NCBI GenBank assembly: GCA_963744145.1
Contig: CAVUSO010000001.1
Span: 4,128,001 to 4,192,000, forward strand
From: an uncultured cyanobacterium
GTDB lineage: Bacteria > Cyanobacteriota > Cyanobacteriia > Cyanobacteriales > CAWUOF01
Direction: 5' to 3'
Length of the DNA: 64,000 nt
Shown here: piece by piece, positions 41,201-49,497 of the stretch
Position numbering within the stretch: the first letter of the stretch is position 1
Layout of the letters: the number at the start of each line of letters is the position of its first letter
Made by a program: the position numbers and the translations under genes
Notes under the pieces: generated by a model
What the model was told of the DNA's origin: nothing
Seen by the model: the letters and a program-made list of their open reading frames with translations, nothing else
Databases searched by the model: none

Positions 41201-42490
41201 CTGCAAACTGGTCAACCAATCTGCGATGTAGAAATTCATGGCAAAACTCGCAAATATTCTAGTATTGATCGAACTTGGCTTGCTTCCTATTTTCCCATCA
41301 CCTTTGCTACCGATCGCCATCCATCTCAGCTAGGAATTGGGATGATTATTGTCGAAATTACTGAGCGTAAACAAATCGAAGCTACTTTACAAGAATCTCA
41401 TCGTCGCTGGCGATCGCTACTTGATAATGTGCAATTAATTGTGATTGGTTTAGATCGACAAGGTAATATCGATTATCTCAATCCATTTTGTGAGCAACTT
41501 ACCGAATATACCCAAGCAGAAGTGATTGGTCAGTCAGGTTTTAATCTATTTGTTCCGAGTTATTTACACCTGAATTTTCAGGCTAATTTTGAACAATCTA
41601 TTTTAAAAGAAAACAATTTAAACTATCGCTATCCTTTTTTAACTAAATCTGGTGAAGAGCGGATGGTTGCTTGGAATAATACGGTGTTGCGAGATATTTC
41701 TGGTGAACCGATTGGCATGATTTGTATTGGTGAGGATATCACGGAACGCTATCATTTAGAGCGGATGAAGGGTGAATTTGTGGCGGTGGTTAGTCACGAA
41801 TTAAGAACTCCTTTAACTTCGATGCAAGCTGCTTTAAGTTTGTTGAATGAGAAAATTATTGATCCTAATTCTGCTGAAGGTGAACTCACGATTGAGATTG
41901 CGACTCAGGGAGTAGATCGTTTGGTTCGTCTAGTCAATGATATTCTAGATTTAGAACGTCTTGAATCTGGCAAAATCCGTCTGGAAAAATGTCTATGCAA
42001 TCTAGCTGATTTGCTAAATACTGCTGTGGCTCAAATGCAAGATCTGGCGAATCAGTCTGGAATTATTTTTGATGTTAAGTACCAGTCTTTGTCGATCTAT
42101 GTCGATCCGGATCGTCTGTTGCAAGTTTTAGTTAATTTACTGAGTAATGCGATTAAATTTTCTCCTAACGGTTCAACAATTTGGTTATCTACTCAATGTC
42201 AGAGTTTCCCAGATTTGCACTCCGATCGCAGTCCTAATTCCCTCCTCTTTACCATCAAAGATCAGGGACGTGGTATTCCGACAAGCTGTTTAGAAAGTAT
42301 TTTTGAGCGATTTCAGCAAGTAGACGCATCTGATTCTCGTCAAAAAGGTGGTACTGGACTGGGACTGGCAATCTGTCGTAATATTATCCAACAACATGGA
42401 GGAAAAATTTGGGTAGAAAGTATGATCGACAAAGGTAGCACTTTTTACTTTACAATTCCTATCCAAGAGTTGAATTCTGATGACCAATAA
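38288..42490 (+). CDS. Cytoplasmic multi-PAS (about 9 PAS/PAC) sensor histidine kinase
   Basis: Repeated PAC ends (RDISDR, QDLT, LDIT, QDVTER, MDIT, SDITEK, EITER, EDITER); H-box [30 protein letters not shown]; no transmembrane segment. Confidence 0.92.
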   Translation: MNICTKTIDSNGHQHQLEKDQLLSRILAQISDVIVAINLEQQIIYWNQAAEEYYGIKAEQAIGKSEQECYQYCWLNPEDEAIAQESLAILGYWKGENIQRKLTGEEIIFESAINVFKDETGQMIGKIIVSRDISDRCTTELSLRQYERIVATTADCMCLIDGNYTYRIANPAYLKLLKKTHSEVVGHLISEVLGADNFSQNIKNYLDQSLNGQLVDNQLWIEIPHIGKRYIRRTYTPCLDQQENVIGAVVSLQDLTHLKQTEEALAKEILRNKILFNISFDGIVILDHQGNVIETNHSFAQMIGYPLAETTKLNVADWDPQWRENSQKCANKSLKQQETYFHRQDGSLCHVEISGNWVEWEGEIIKFCIVRDISDRKRVEAVLQEREAFLRSVGDNLPRGFLYQVSRELDGSDRFYYLSAGVERETGLKIADILQNTGLLHSQILPEDLEYMNQKVVESLANMSIFDVQVRERSPNGKIRWLHLTSKPRRLEDGRVVWDGIRLDITNLKQTEEKLRQNQARLIEAQQVAHIGNWEYNPSNGKIFWTEELFRLFNRDPALLEPNFPEYIQLYHPEDQDKLQQAIAYTISTGESYKLTLRTVTPTGNMRYIEGIGRAELTTDKQVIRIYGTIQDVTERILAEQELWESQEHYKILVQNAPVGIFKTDTQGNCLYVNPRWLEMTGLSRSEALGKGWVRAIHPDDQKRIINECKNGTKQGSYWTMEYRFLKPNGKEIWVSGQVVPFRNNLGEIISYFGTVMDITVHKQAEESLYQGKEYYRSLITALAEGIVFQQADSEITDCNESAQRILGLSADQIMGRTSIDSIWKAIHEDGSQFLGENHPSMVTLRTGQPQANVVMGVHKPDGSLTWISINSQPLIQPGESQASGVVCSFSDITEKRKLTQELAQKTKLLDSFINCAPVGMAFLDDQLRFSLVNEALAEMNGISVAEHIGKTPGEILSDLKNQIEPIFTEVLQTGQPICDVEIHGKTRKYSSIDRTWLASYFPITFATDRHPSQLGIGMIIVEITERKQIEATLQESHRRWRSLLDNVQLIVIGLDRQGNIDYLNPFCEQLTEYTQAEVIGQSGFNLFVPSYLHLNFQANFEQSILKENNLNYRYPFLTKSGEERMVAWNNTVLRDISGEPIGMICIGEDITERYHLERMKGEFVAVVSHELRTPLTSMQAALSLLNEKIIDPNSAEGELTIEIATQGVDRLVRLVNDILDLERLESGKIRLEKCLCNLADLLNTAVAQMQDLANQSGIIFDVKYQSLSIYVDPDRLLQVLVNLLSNAIKFSPNGSTIWLSTQCQSFPDLHSDRSPNSLLFTIKDQGRGIPTSCLESIFERFQQVDASDSRQKGGTGLGLAICRNIIQQHGGKIWVESMIDKGSTFYFTIPIQELNSDDQ

Positions 42491-42857
42491 ACTGATTCTA
42501 ATTGTTGATGACGATACAGCAATTCGTCGGATTGTCCAAATTTCTCTCAAAGCACTCACTGGTTGGGAAGTTTTAGAAGCAAGTTCGGGTGAAACAGGAT
42601 TAGCGATCGCACAAGCTGAAGTTCCCGATGTCATTCTGCTGGATGTAATGATGCCCGAAATGGATGGAGTTACTACTCTTTTACTAATGAAAGCTCATCC
42701 TGTAGTTCAGTCAATTCCGGTGATTTTTCTCACAGCTAAAGCCCAATTGAGTGAACAAAAGCAATTTGCTCAACTCGCGATCGCTGGAGTGATCACTAAA
42801 CCTTTCAAAGCTACGGAACTGGTGCAACAAATGCGTTCAATTCTTAACTGGAATTAA
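42480..42857 (+). CDS. Single-domain response regulator (RcaF/CheY-like)
   Basis: IVDDD, LLDVMMPEMDG, FLTAK, ITKPF; overlaps the kinase stop codon. Confidence 0.92.
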   Translation: MTNKLILIVDDDTAIRRIVQISLKALTGWEVLEASSGETGLAIAQAEVPDVILLDVMMPEMDGVTTLLLMKAHPVVQSIPVIFLTAKAQLSEQKQFAQLAIAGVITKPFKATELVQQMRSILNWN

Positions 42858-42886
42858 TCGGATTTGTTCAGATAACTTTATGGCAA

Positions 42887-45121
42887 TTATTTGATCGGAA
42901 TTTTAATCAGAAACTCCGTACCCTGTTCCGGGGTAGAAATACATTCAATTTGACCATGATGTTTTTCAACAACTATTTGGTAGCTAATCGATAAACCTAA
43001 ACCTGTACCTTTACCAACAGGTTTGGTCGTAAAAAATGGATCAAAAAGTCGCATTCTGACTTCCTCACTCATCCCCGGACCATTATCAGCAATCCGAATC
43101 GCAATATAACCAGTTGCTAATACTTCTGTCCTAATTAAAATTGTGGGTGTGAAGTTTGGCAAATTTCCCTTTTCTGTCATCAAATCTTCTAAAGCATCAA
43201 TCCCATTAGTTAAAATATTCATAAATACCTGATTGAGTTGTCCCGCATAACATTGTATTTTTGGTAAATCTCCATATTGTTTGATAATTTCAATCGCTGG
43301 ATGATGAGGAGATGCTTTGAAACGATGTTGCAGAATCAGGAGTGTATTGTCAATACCAACATGAAGATCAACCGCTTTGATTTGGGATTCATCTAAACGG
43401 GAAAAGTTCCGTAAACTCAACACAATCTGACGAATCCGATCTGCTCCTAATTTCATTGAATCTATTAATTTCGGCAAATCTTCCCGGATAAAATCTAAAT
43501 CAATTCCTGCTGCGGCTTCCTGGATTTCAGGGCTCGGGTCAGGATACTTCATTGTATAAATTTGGAGTAGTTTAAGTAGGTCATGAGCGTATTGGTTAGC
43601 ATACCGGAGATTGCCATAAATAAAATTAACTGGATTGTTAATTTCATGGGCTACTCCTGCTACTAATTGTCCCAGACTAGACATCTTTTCGGTTTGAATT
43701 AGTTGACTTTGAGTATGTTGCAAATCCAGCAGGGTTTGTTCCAGTTTAGTAGCTTGCTCTAGCGCTCTGCTTTCTGATTGTCTCAGAGCTTCTTCTTTGA
43801 GAATTCGCTCAGTAATATCTTCGACCGTACCTAAAATACCAACTACTTTCCCCTGACTATCATGGAGCGGGATTTTATTGGTATCTAACCAGATTTGGGT
43901 GCCATCTTCTTGCTGTTTGCAAGTAATAATATGATATTCAGCTTGGTTACTTTCCATCACCTGGCGATCGCGTTGAATAATTAGCTCTGCTTCGGCTTTT
44001 TTAAAAGGTAAATCCCAATCAGTTTTGCCAATGATCTGCTCCGGAATATTAATTCCAGCAATCCGAGCAAAATTTTGATTACATCCCAAATAAACAGAAT
44101 TTTGATCTTTCCAGAAAATGTGTTGAGGGATATTATCGATCACTAATTGCAACATTGCTTGAGATTGACGCAGTTGTTCTTCGATGGATTTGCGCTCGGA
44201 AATTTGGTTTTGCAGATGGGTAATCGCATTTTTAAAAGCCATTGTCCTTGCTTCGACTTTTAATTCCAAACTCTCTTTCGCTATTTTGAGGTCTTCTTCT
44301 GTACGTTTGCGATTAGTAATGTCTTTAACTGTACCAATCATCCGGATTGGTTTTAATCGTTGATCGCGAATTACTTCAGCAGTACTCGCAATCCAATGCA
44401 GACTATGATCAGGCCAATAAATGCGATATTCTATTTGGTATTCAGCTCCTTCTTCTAGGGTACGTGCGATCGCGTACATTACCCGAGCCCGATCATCAGG
44501 ATGAATGGGATTGAGAAAAGCTTCATAATCAGTAATCACACCAGCAACTGATATACCCAAAATTGATTCTGTGGTTTTCGAGCAAGTTATTTCGTTGTTG
44601 ATAATATACCAATCCCAAGTCCCCAATTTGGCTGCTTTGAGGGCTAATTGTAACCCTTTTTCACTTTTACGCAGAGCTGTTTCCACTGCTAAGGTCTGCT
44701 CCTCATTAGGACTCAGATCACGTACCCAAACATAGATTACTTGTTCTTCTGTCGAAAATTGAGCGTTCCATAACAGCCATTTATAGACACCATCCGCAGT
44801 ACAATAACGATTTTTCCAAGTACAAATATTAAGTTCTGTGGTCAGTTTTTGCCATTGTTTACAAGTTAATTCCCGATCTTCCGGGTGAACAAATTCAATT
44901 TGGGACTGATACAATAATTTTTCTGGAGAAAACCCCAGAACTTTTGACCACATGGGGTTAATGGCCAAGAAATGGCCATTAATATCGATGATCCCAAGCA
45001 GATCCGGTGATAGCTGGAAAAAACGATCTCTCACTTCTGCTTGGTTGATAGTTACTTGGGGATGACTAGGGATTTGGGAATCTCCTATCTGAGTTGCCAT
45101 TTTCCACATCTTGTTATTCAA
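42887..45121 (-). CDS. PAS-domain sensor histidine kinase (NtrB-type)
   Basis: Three PAS/PAC units; [46 protein letters not shown]. Confidence 0.92.
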   Translation of the reverse strand: MNNKMWKMATQIGDSQIPSHPQVTINQAEVRDRFFQLSPDLLGIIDINGHFLAINPMWSKVLGFSPEKLLYQSQIEFVHPEDRELTCKQWQKLTTELNICTWKNRYCTADGVYKWLLWNAQFSTEEQVIYVWVRDLSPNEEQTLAVETALRKSEKGLQLALKAAKLGTWDWYIINNEITCSKTTESILGISVAGVITDYEAFLNPIHPDDRARVMYAIARTLEEGAEYQIEYRIYWPDHSLHWIASTAEVIRDQRLKPIRMIGTVKDITNRKRTEEDLKIAKESLELKVEARTMAFKNAITHLQNQISERKSIEEQLRQSQAMLQLVIDNIPQHIFWKDQNSVYLGCNQNFARIAGINIPEQIIGKTDWDLPFKKAEAELIIQRDRQVMESNQAEYHIITCKQQEDGTQIWLDTNKIPLHDSQGKVVGILGTVEDITERILKEEALRQSESRALEQATKLEQTLLDLQHTQSQLIQTEKMSSLGQLVAGVAHEINNPVNFIYGNLRYANQYAHDLLKLLQIYTMKYPDPSPEIQEAAAGIDLDFIREDLPKLIDSMKLGADRIRQIVLSLRNFSRLDESQIKAVDLHVGIDNTLLILQHRFKASPHHPAIEIIKQYGDLPKIQCYAGQLNQVFMNILTNGIDALEDLMTEKGNLPNFTPTILIRTEVLATGYIAIRIADNGPGMSEEVRMRLFDPFFTTKPVGKGTGLGLSISYQIVVEKHHGQIECISTPEQGTEFLIKIPIK

Positions 45122-45265
45122 TGGGTGAAGGTGATCTGCATTTCTAGCAAAGGCAGAATCATGTATTATTATTTTATTAATCTAAGGAACTGACCCCTGA
45201 TCTGGAAAATCTGGTTCTTTACTATAAAGATACAACTGGAGCATGGGGTTTTCCCCAATCATTGG

Positions 45266-46927
45266 CTAATCAGCTTCAGATTCTGCTGCTTTGATACCTT
45301 CCCAATTGAGATAGGTCTCTTTAAAATGACGGAAGATTTCTTGATAAATTTGGCTACTGACGCGATCGCCCCGTTTCCCATCTTCTAGTTTAATATCATC
45401 CACAAAAAAGTCTAAAACAAATTCAATCCGCACATTGGACTCTTCATAAGTCATCCCGATGATTCTAATCTTAGGTTCTTGCCATTTTTTCCTGGGAGCT
45501 TTCAAATTCTCTTTCAACCACTGAATAAATTCGAGGACATAATCATCTAAGCGAGTTTCCTCAGCTTCCGGATTAGCAATTTTTTGTGATAAGCGTTGTG
45601 CTCTTCGGGTTAATAAATTAATCTTCCGCTCCCATTCGTCGGAAATAAAATATTGATCATCATCTAATAAATTTGGATCTTGTAGCCAAGTTCGATACCA
45701 GTCTCGGATTAATTCAATTAATCCCTCTGATTCATTACTTTCTTCAAAATTCAACGCGACTCGATTTTTATTGGGATCATCAATCAGTTTGAAACCCATA
45801 ATTTCCAACGCACCTTGATATTCCTGTTGGACATTTTCGATTTCCTCTGCGGTTAATCCTCCTTTTCCAGCAAACTGCATCGTCACTGCTAAAGCTTCTA
45901 GAGCTTGTTGTAATTCCTCTAATTTGTAATTAACAGATTGTTCACACAAAAGCCGATTTTTACCAATTTCTTGTTGTTTGAGGACATTTTCATCATAATT
46001 TTCCGCATTATAGTAGTTATCAATTACTTCAATTTTAGTGTCAATATCTCCTAAGGTATCTGGATGAGCTAAAATAATTTCTTCCATTAATTTTTGCGAT
46101 TCTTCAATATTGCACTCCGAAGGGATTTCCAGGGAAATTGAGTAATGGTAAAATGAGGTAGGACGACTTAAATTAACAATGTTTTGACCCTGCAAAACGC
46201 TGTTGGGAACATAAATTTCACAATGTTCACTAAATATATATAGTTGAGTTACTCTAATCCCAATTTTCCGCAGCATCCCAATGGAACCATCTTCCAGACG
46301 CATAATATCCCCAAATCGAAAAGGGCTATCAATCAATAAAACTATGCCACTAAAAAAATTAGCTAAGATATCTTGCAGCGCAAAACCAAGCACAAAGGTA
46401 GCACCTCCTAGTGCTACCCAAATTCCGCTCAAATCTATGCCAAATGCACTGATGACTAACACCGCAGCGAAGGTATAAATTAGGAAGGGGACAATTGCTG
46501 ATAAAATCGGTAGCAATACGTCATCCCACATCGCTTCCGTTTGTTTAGTGTATTGTTTTAAATAATAAATAAATACATCGTTAAATATTTTGCTCAACCA
46601 ATAACTAAAAATTATCGCCATCATGGCAACCAAGATATGACTGATAATGTTCGCAATATTTTCCGGTAATATTTTTTCTAAAATTAGTTTCTGACTAAAC
46701 AGAGCAAAGCCAAGTATAGCTGGATTAGCAGAAACGTTGACGGTAACAATGGCAATATCTTTTTCTAATTTGCGGAAAATTGGCCGCAATATATAATAAA
46801 ACAATACATATAAGATCAGGGTGCCAACTCCAGTAAATAGTAATCCGATCAGAAACAAACTACCCTTATTCATTTGTTCTAGTTGGGCTAATATTTCTGG
46901 TAATTGGGTCAATAAGGTTTCTAACAT
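45266..46927 (-). CDS. MscS-family mechanosensitive channel with a large cytoplasmic insertion
   Basis: N-terminal TM helices; GFALQDILANFFSG..DSPFRFGD, KIGIRVT, VPNS...IVNLS. Confidence 0.9.
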   Translation of the reverse strand: MLETLLTQLPEILAQLEQMNKGSLFLIGLLFTGVGTLILYVLFYYILRPIFRKLEKDIAIVTVNVSANPAILGFALFSQKLILEKILPENIANIISHILVAMMAIIFSYWLSKIFNDVFIYYLKQYTKQTEAMWDDVLLPILSAIVPFLIYTFAAVLVISAFGIDLSGIWVALGGATFVLGFALQDILANFFSGIVLLIDSPFRFGDIMRLEDGSIGMLRKIGIRVTQLYIFSEHCEIYVPNSVLQGQNIVNLSRPTSFYHYSISLEIPSECNIEESQKLMEEIILAHPDTLGDIDTKIEVIDNYYNAENYDENVLKQQEIGKNRLLCEQSVNYKLEELQQALEALAVTMQFAGKGGLTAEEIENVQQEYQGALEIMGFKLIDDPNKNRVALNFEESNESEGLIELIRDWYRTWLQDPNLLDDDQYFISDEWERKINLLTRRAQRLSQKIANPEAEETRLDDYVLEFIQWLKENLKAPRKKWQEPKIRIIGMTYEESNVRIEFVLDFFVDDIKLEDGKRGDRVSSQIYQEIFRHFKETYLNWEGIKAAESEAD

Positions 46928-47043
46928 AGTTTTTTCCTGTCACCAAACTTAATCATAATTTATCTCATGAGTTGGAGCAGTTAATCAACATTAACTAAAA
47001 TTTTGTTGACCATCTTGGCGATCGGCTCCAACTTCGCTTTCGC

Positions 47044-47418
47044 TTATTCTACCTGTAATTTTAATCCTGGTAGTAATCGCTCTAAATTTTTCAATGATTT
47101 ATTTTGCCAAGGCATTTTTTTCGAGCCGATCACTGTTAATTGTGCCCCCTTTTTTTTTCGCATCCCCAAAACAAATTTAGACAACATACTAATTCCCGAA
47201 CTATTCAGAAATGCTAATTCTTTCACATTTAATGTGATTATTGATTGCTTTTTAGCTACATTATTGAGCAGATCAACGATCGGAGCATAATCTTTTGGAC
47301 CACCAAGAGTTATTTGTCCCTGAAAATAAACCGTTACAGTTTCTGGTTCGTAGGTAACTTGATATCCATCACCTTTTACTTCTTGATTAGCTGTAACTTT
47401 TTCTTCTGGTTTAGCCAT
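47044..47418 (-). CDS. STAS/anti-anti-sigma-like protein (slr1659-like)
   Basis: LNVKELAFLNSSGISML carries the STAS phosphoacceptor-type (D/N)SSG; also PWQ.KSL.NL..L.P. Confidence 0.8.
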   Translation of the reverse strand: MAKPEEKVTANQEVKGDGYQVTYEPETVTVYFQGQITLGGPKDYAPIVDLLNNVAKKQSIITLNVKELAFLNSSGISMLSKFVLGMRKKKGAQLTVIGSKKMPWQNKSLKNLERLLPGLKLQVE

Positions 47419-47462
47419 AATTTTTTCCTCTGTTGTTATGTAAAATGAGCAATGAATCACAA

Positions 47463-48065
47463 TTATACAACTAATTGAGCCATAGTGATCACCATCATGA
47501 TTTTTGGATTATCTAGATTGGGCACAAATTTCCAACCTAATTTTGCCGAATAATCATTGATCATGGTCAGTAAACCCAAACCAGAAGCTTCCTCATTTTC
47601 ATCTTCAGCAGCTTTTTCTACTTGCTGGATATATAACTCATTCGGATCATTAGAAAGCAGTTCTTGAATCAAGTTTTGAAATTTATCAACTTGACTAAGT
47701 TTAATACTATTCTTAGTAAAAATTACTGCCGTAGTTTTGTTGATATCTCTCCCAAAATAAATACCAATCTGAACTGAATTTGGTTCGGGATCTACATTAA
47801 ATTTGATTGCATTTTCTAAGAGTTCGTTTCCCACATAGCTAATGGTATTTTTACTTTCCTTGATCCGCTCTTCTTGCTCCGTATCATCACCATTAATTGA
47901 CAAAAATGATGAAAAATAGTCAGCTAGAAAATAAGCTGATAACAGATTATTACCCCACAGTTTTCCCTGGGGAGTAGAACTAAAGGTAAAACTCAGTTCC
48001 ACTCCATCGTATTGATGGGGAAATACCTCAATAAATTGTCCAAATACTTCACTCATATCAGTCAC
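47463..48065 (-). CDS. GHKL-fold RsbW/SiaB-like putative Ser/Thr kinase (slr1658-like)
   Basis: N-box ELLENAIKF and G2-box SGLGLLTM, with no H-box. Confidence 0.75.
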   Translation of the reverse strand: MTDMSEVFGQFIEVFPHQYDGVELSFTFSSTPQGKLWGNNLLSAYFLADYFSSFLSINGDDTEQEERIKESKNTISYVGNELLENAIKFNVDPEPNSVQIGIYFGRDINKTTAVIFTKNSIKLSQVDKFQNLIQELLSNDPNELYIQQVEKAAEDENEEASGLGLLTMINDYSAKLGWKFVPNLDNPKIMMVITMAQLVV

Positions 48066-48097
48066 ATTTTAATTTATAAAGTTAGAAAATTTCACCT

Positions 48098-49462
48098 TTA
48101 CCGTTTCCCAAAAAAACTAAATCTTCTTCTTTCTTTAGGAGGTTCCTTAACTTCCTCAACTTCCTCTTCCTCCTCGGTATCGTCAACCTCTTCCTCCTCC
48201 TCAGTATCCTCAACTTCCTCAATTTCCTCCTCAGTATCTTCAATTTCCTCGGTATCTTCAGCTAATTCTGAGTCATCAAATTCCTTTTGTTTAATTACCA
48301 ATAAAGTAATATCATCAAAAACTCTTTGCTCACCAATAAAACCTTTAACATCAGTAATGATTGCTTGTTTAATTTCTTCAGCAGATTTCGTCCAGTTATC
48401 ACTAGCAACTTGACATAATCTCGGAATTCCATATTGTTCATTATCCATGTTATAAGCTTCCGGAATTCCATCCGTATATAGGACAATTCCATCACCCGGA
48501 TTTAATTCGATCGTCGTATGATTGATAAAATCACTAATATCTTCATCTAGTCCGATCGGAAACCCTAAATTCATGGTATTAATCCGTTCCGCTTGTCCGT
48601 TACTTCGGATCACGATCGTTTCTTCATGTTGACCACTAATCCTCACTTTACCCCGTTTATAAGTCAGAATCACTAAGGTCAAATTCTTCTCCGAGTTCAT
48701 CCGTCGGACATTCTTATAAATCGTGCGATTGAGAGCATCTAAAAATTTATTTGGGTTTAATTCACGAATTTCCTTGAGCGTCCGTACTGCGGTTTGGGTC
48801 ATGACCATTAAAATCCCACTTTCCAATCCATGTCCAGTTACATCCCCAATCCCAATGGTGACAATGCCATCCATTTCCAAAATATCATAGTAATCACCAC
48901 CTACTTCATCCGCAGGTTCCATATATCCCGCAATTTCTAAACCTGCGATCGTCTCTAATTCTTCTGGTGTTGGCAAAATCATATGTTGCATTTGGCGCAA
49001 CATATCCAATTCTTTAGCCATCCGTACATTTTCTGATTGCAGAATTGCTTCAGCTTCCTGTCGTTTGAGCAAATTTACATAAGCTTTGGAGTGATAGCGA
49101 ATCCGTGCAATTAATTCAGCTTTATCGGGCAGTTTAACTATATAATCATTAGCTCCTAATTCAAAGGCTTTTGCTTTAATCAAAGGCTCTTCTTTACTCG
49201 AAAGCACAATTAAAGGAACAAATCTAGTTGGTGAATTGTGGGAGCGCAGAAACCGAACTAAAACTAGTCCTTCTATTTCGGGCATAACTAAGTCTTGTAA
49301 AATCACAGTTGGATCACAGGACTTAGCCATTTGGAGAGCTTGGGTGGGATTGCTACAGTAATGGAAAGTTATATCTTTTTCTGCTAGTAACATCCGACGC
49401 ACAGCTTCACCGATCACGGGCTGATCGTCGATAAGCAAAACTGTAATTGGATCTTGAAACAC
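48098..49462 (-). CDS. Response regulator: WspR-type receiver fused to a SpoIIE/PP2C phosphatase, with an acidic tail
   Basis: PTVILQDLVMP..IVLSSKEEP..K..AF..GANDYIVKLPD..ELIARIRYHS matches WspR receivers. PP2C motifs GGDYYD, GDVTGHG, YTDG and DDITL. Confidence 0.9.
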   Translation of the reverse strand: MFQDPITVLLIDDQPVIGEAVRRMLLAEKDITFHYCSNPTQALQMAKSCDPTVILQDLVMPEIEGLVLVRFLRSHNSPTRFVPLIVLSSKEEPLIKAKAFELGANDYIVKLPDKAELIARIRYHSKAYVNLLKRQEAEAILQSENVRMAKELDMLRQMQHMILPTPEELETIAGLEIAGYMEPADEVGGDYYDILEMDGIVTIGIGDVTGHGLESGILMVMTQTAVRTLKEIRELNPNKFLDALNRTIYKNVRRMNSEKNLTLVILTYKRGKVRISGQHEETIVIRSNGQAERINTMNLGFPIGLDEDISDFINHTTIELNPGDGIVLYTDGIPEAYNMDNEQYGIPRLCQVASDNWTKSAEEIKQAIITDVKGFIGEQRVFDDITLLVIKQKEFDDSELAEDTEEIEDTEEEIEEVEDTEEEEEVDDTEEEEEVEEVKEPPKERRRFSFFGKR

Positions 49463-49497
49463 TATTTTAGTCTCCTTGCAAACAGATTACTCATTCA

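Noticed and set aside
38288..42490. Calling this kinase rcaE or a photoreceptor
   Set aside because: No GAF/bilin-binding domain or LOV-type GxNCRFLQ motif was seen.
48012..48413. Ser-rich plus-strand ORF
   Set aside because: Antisense shadow of the Glu/Asp repeat tail of the REC-PP2C gene.
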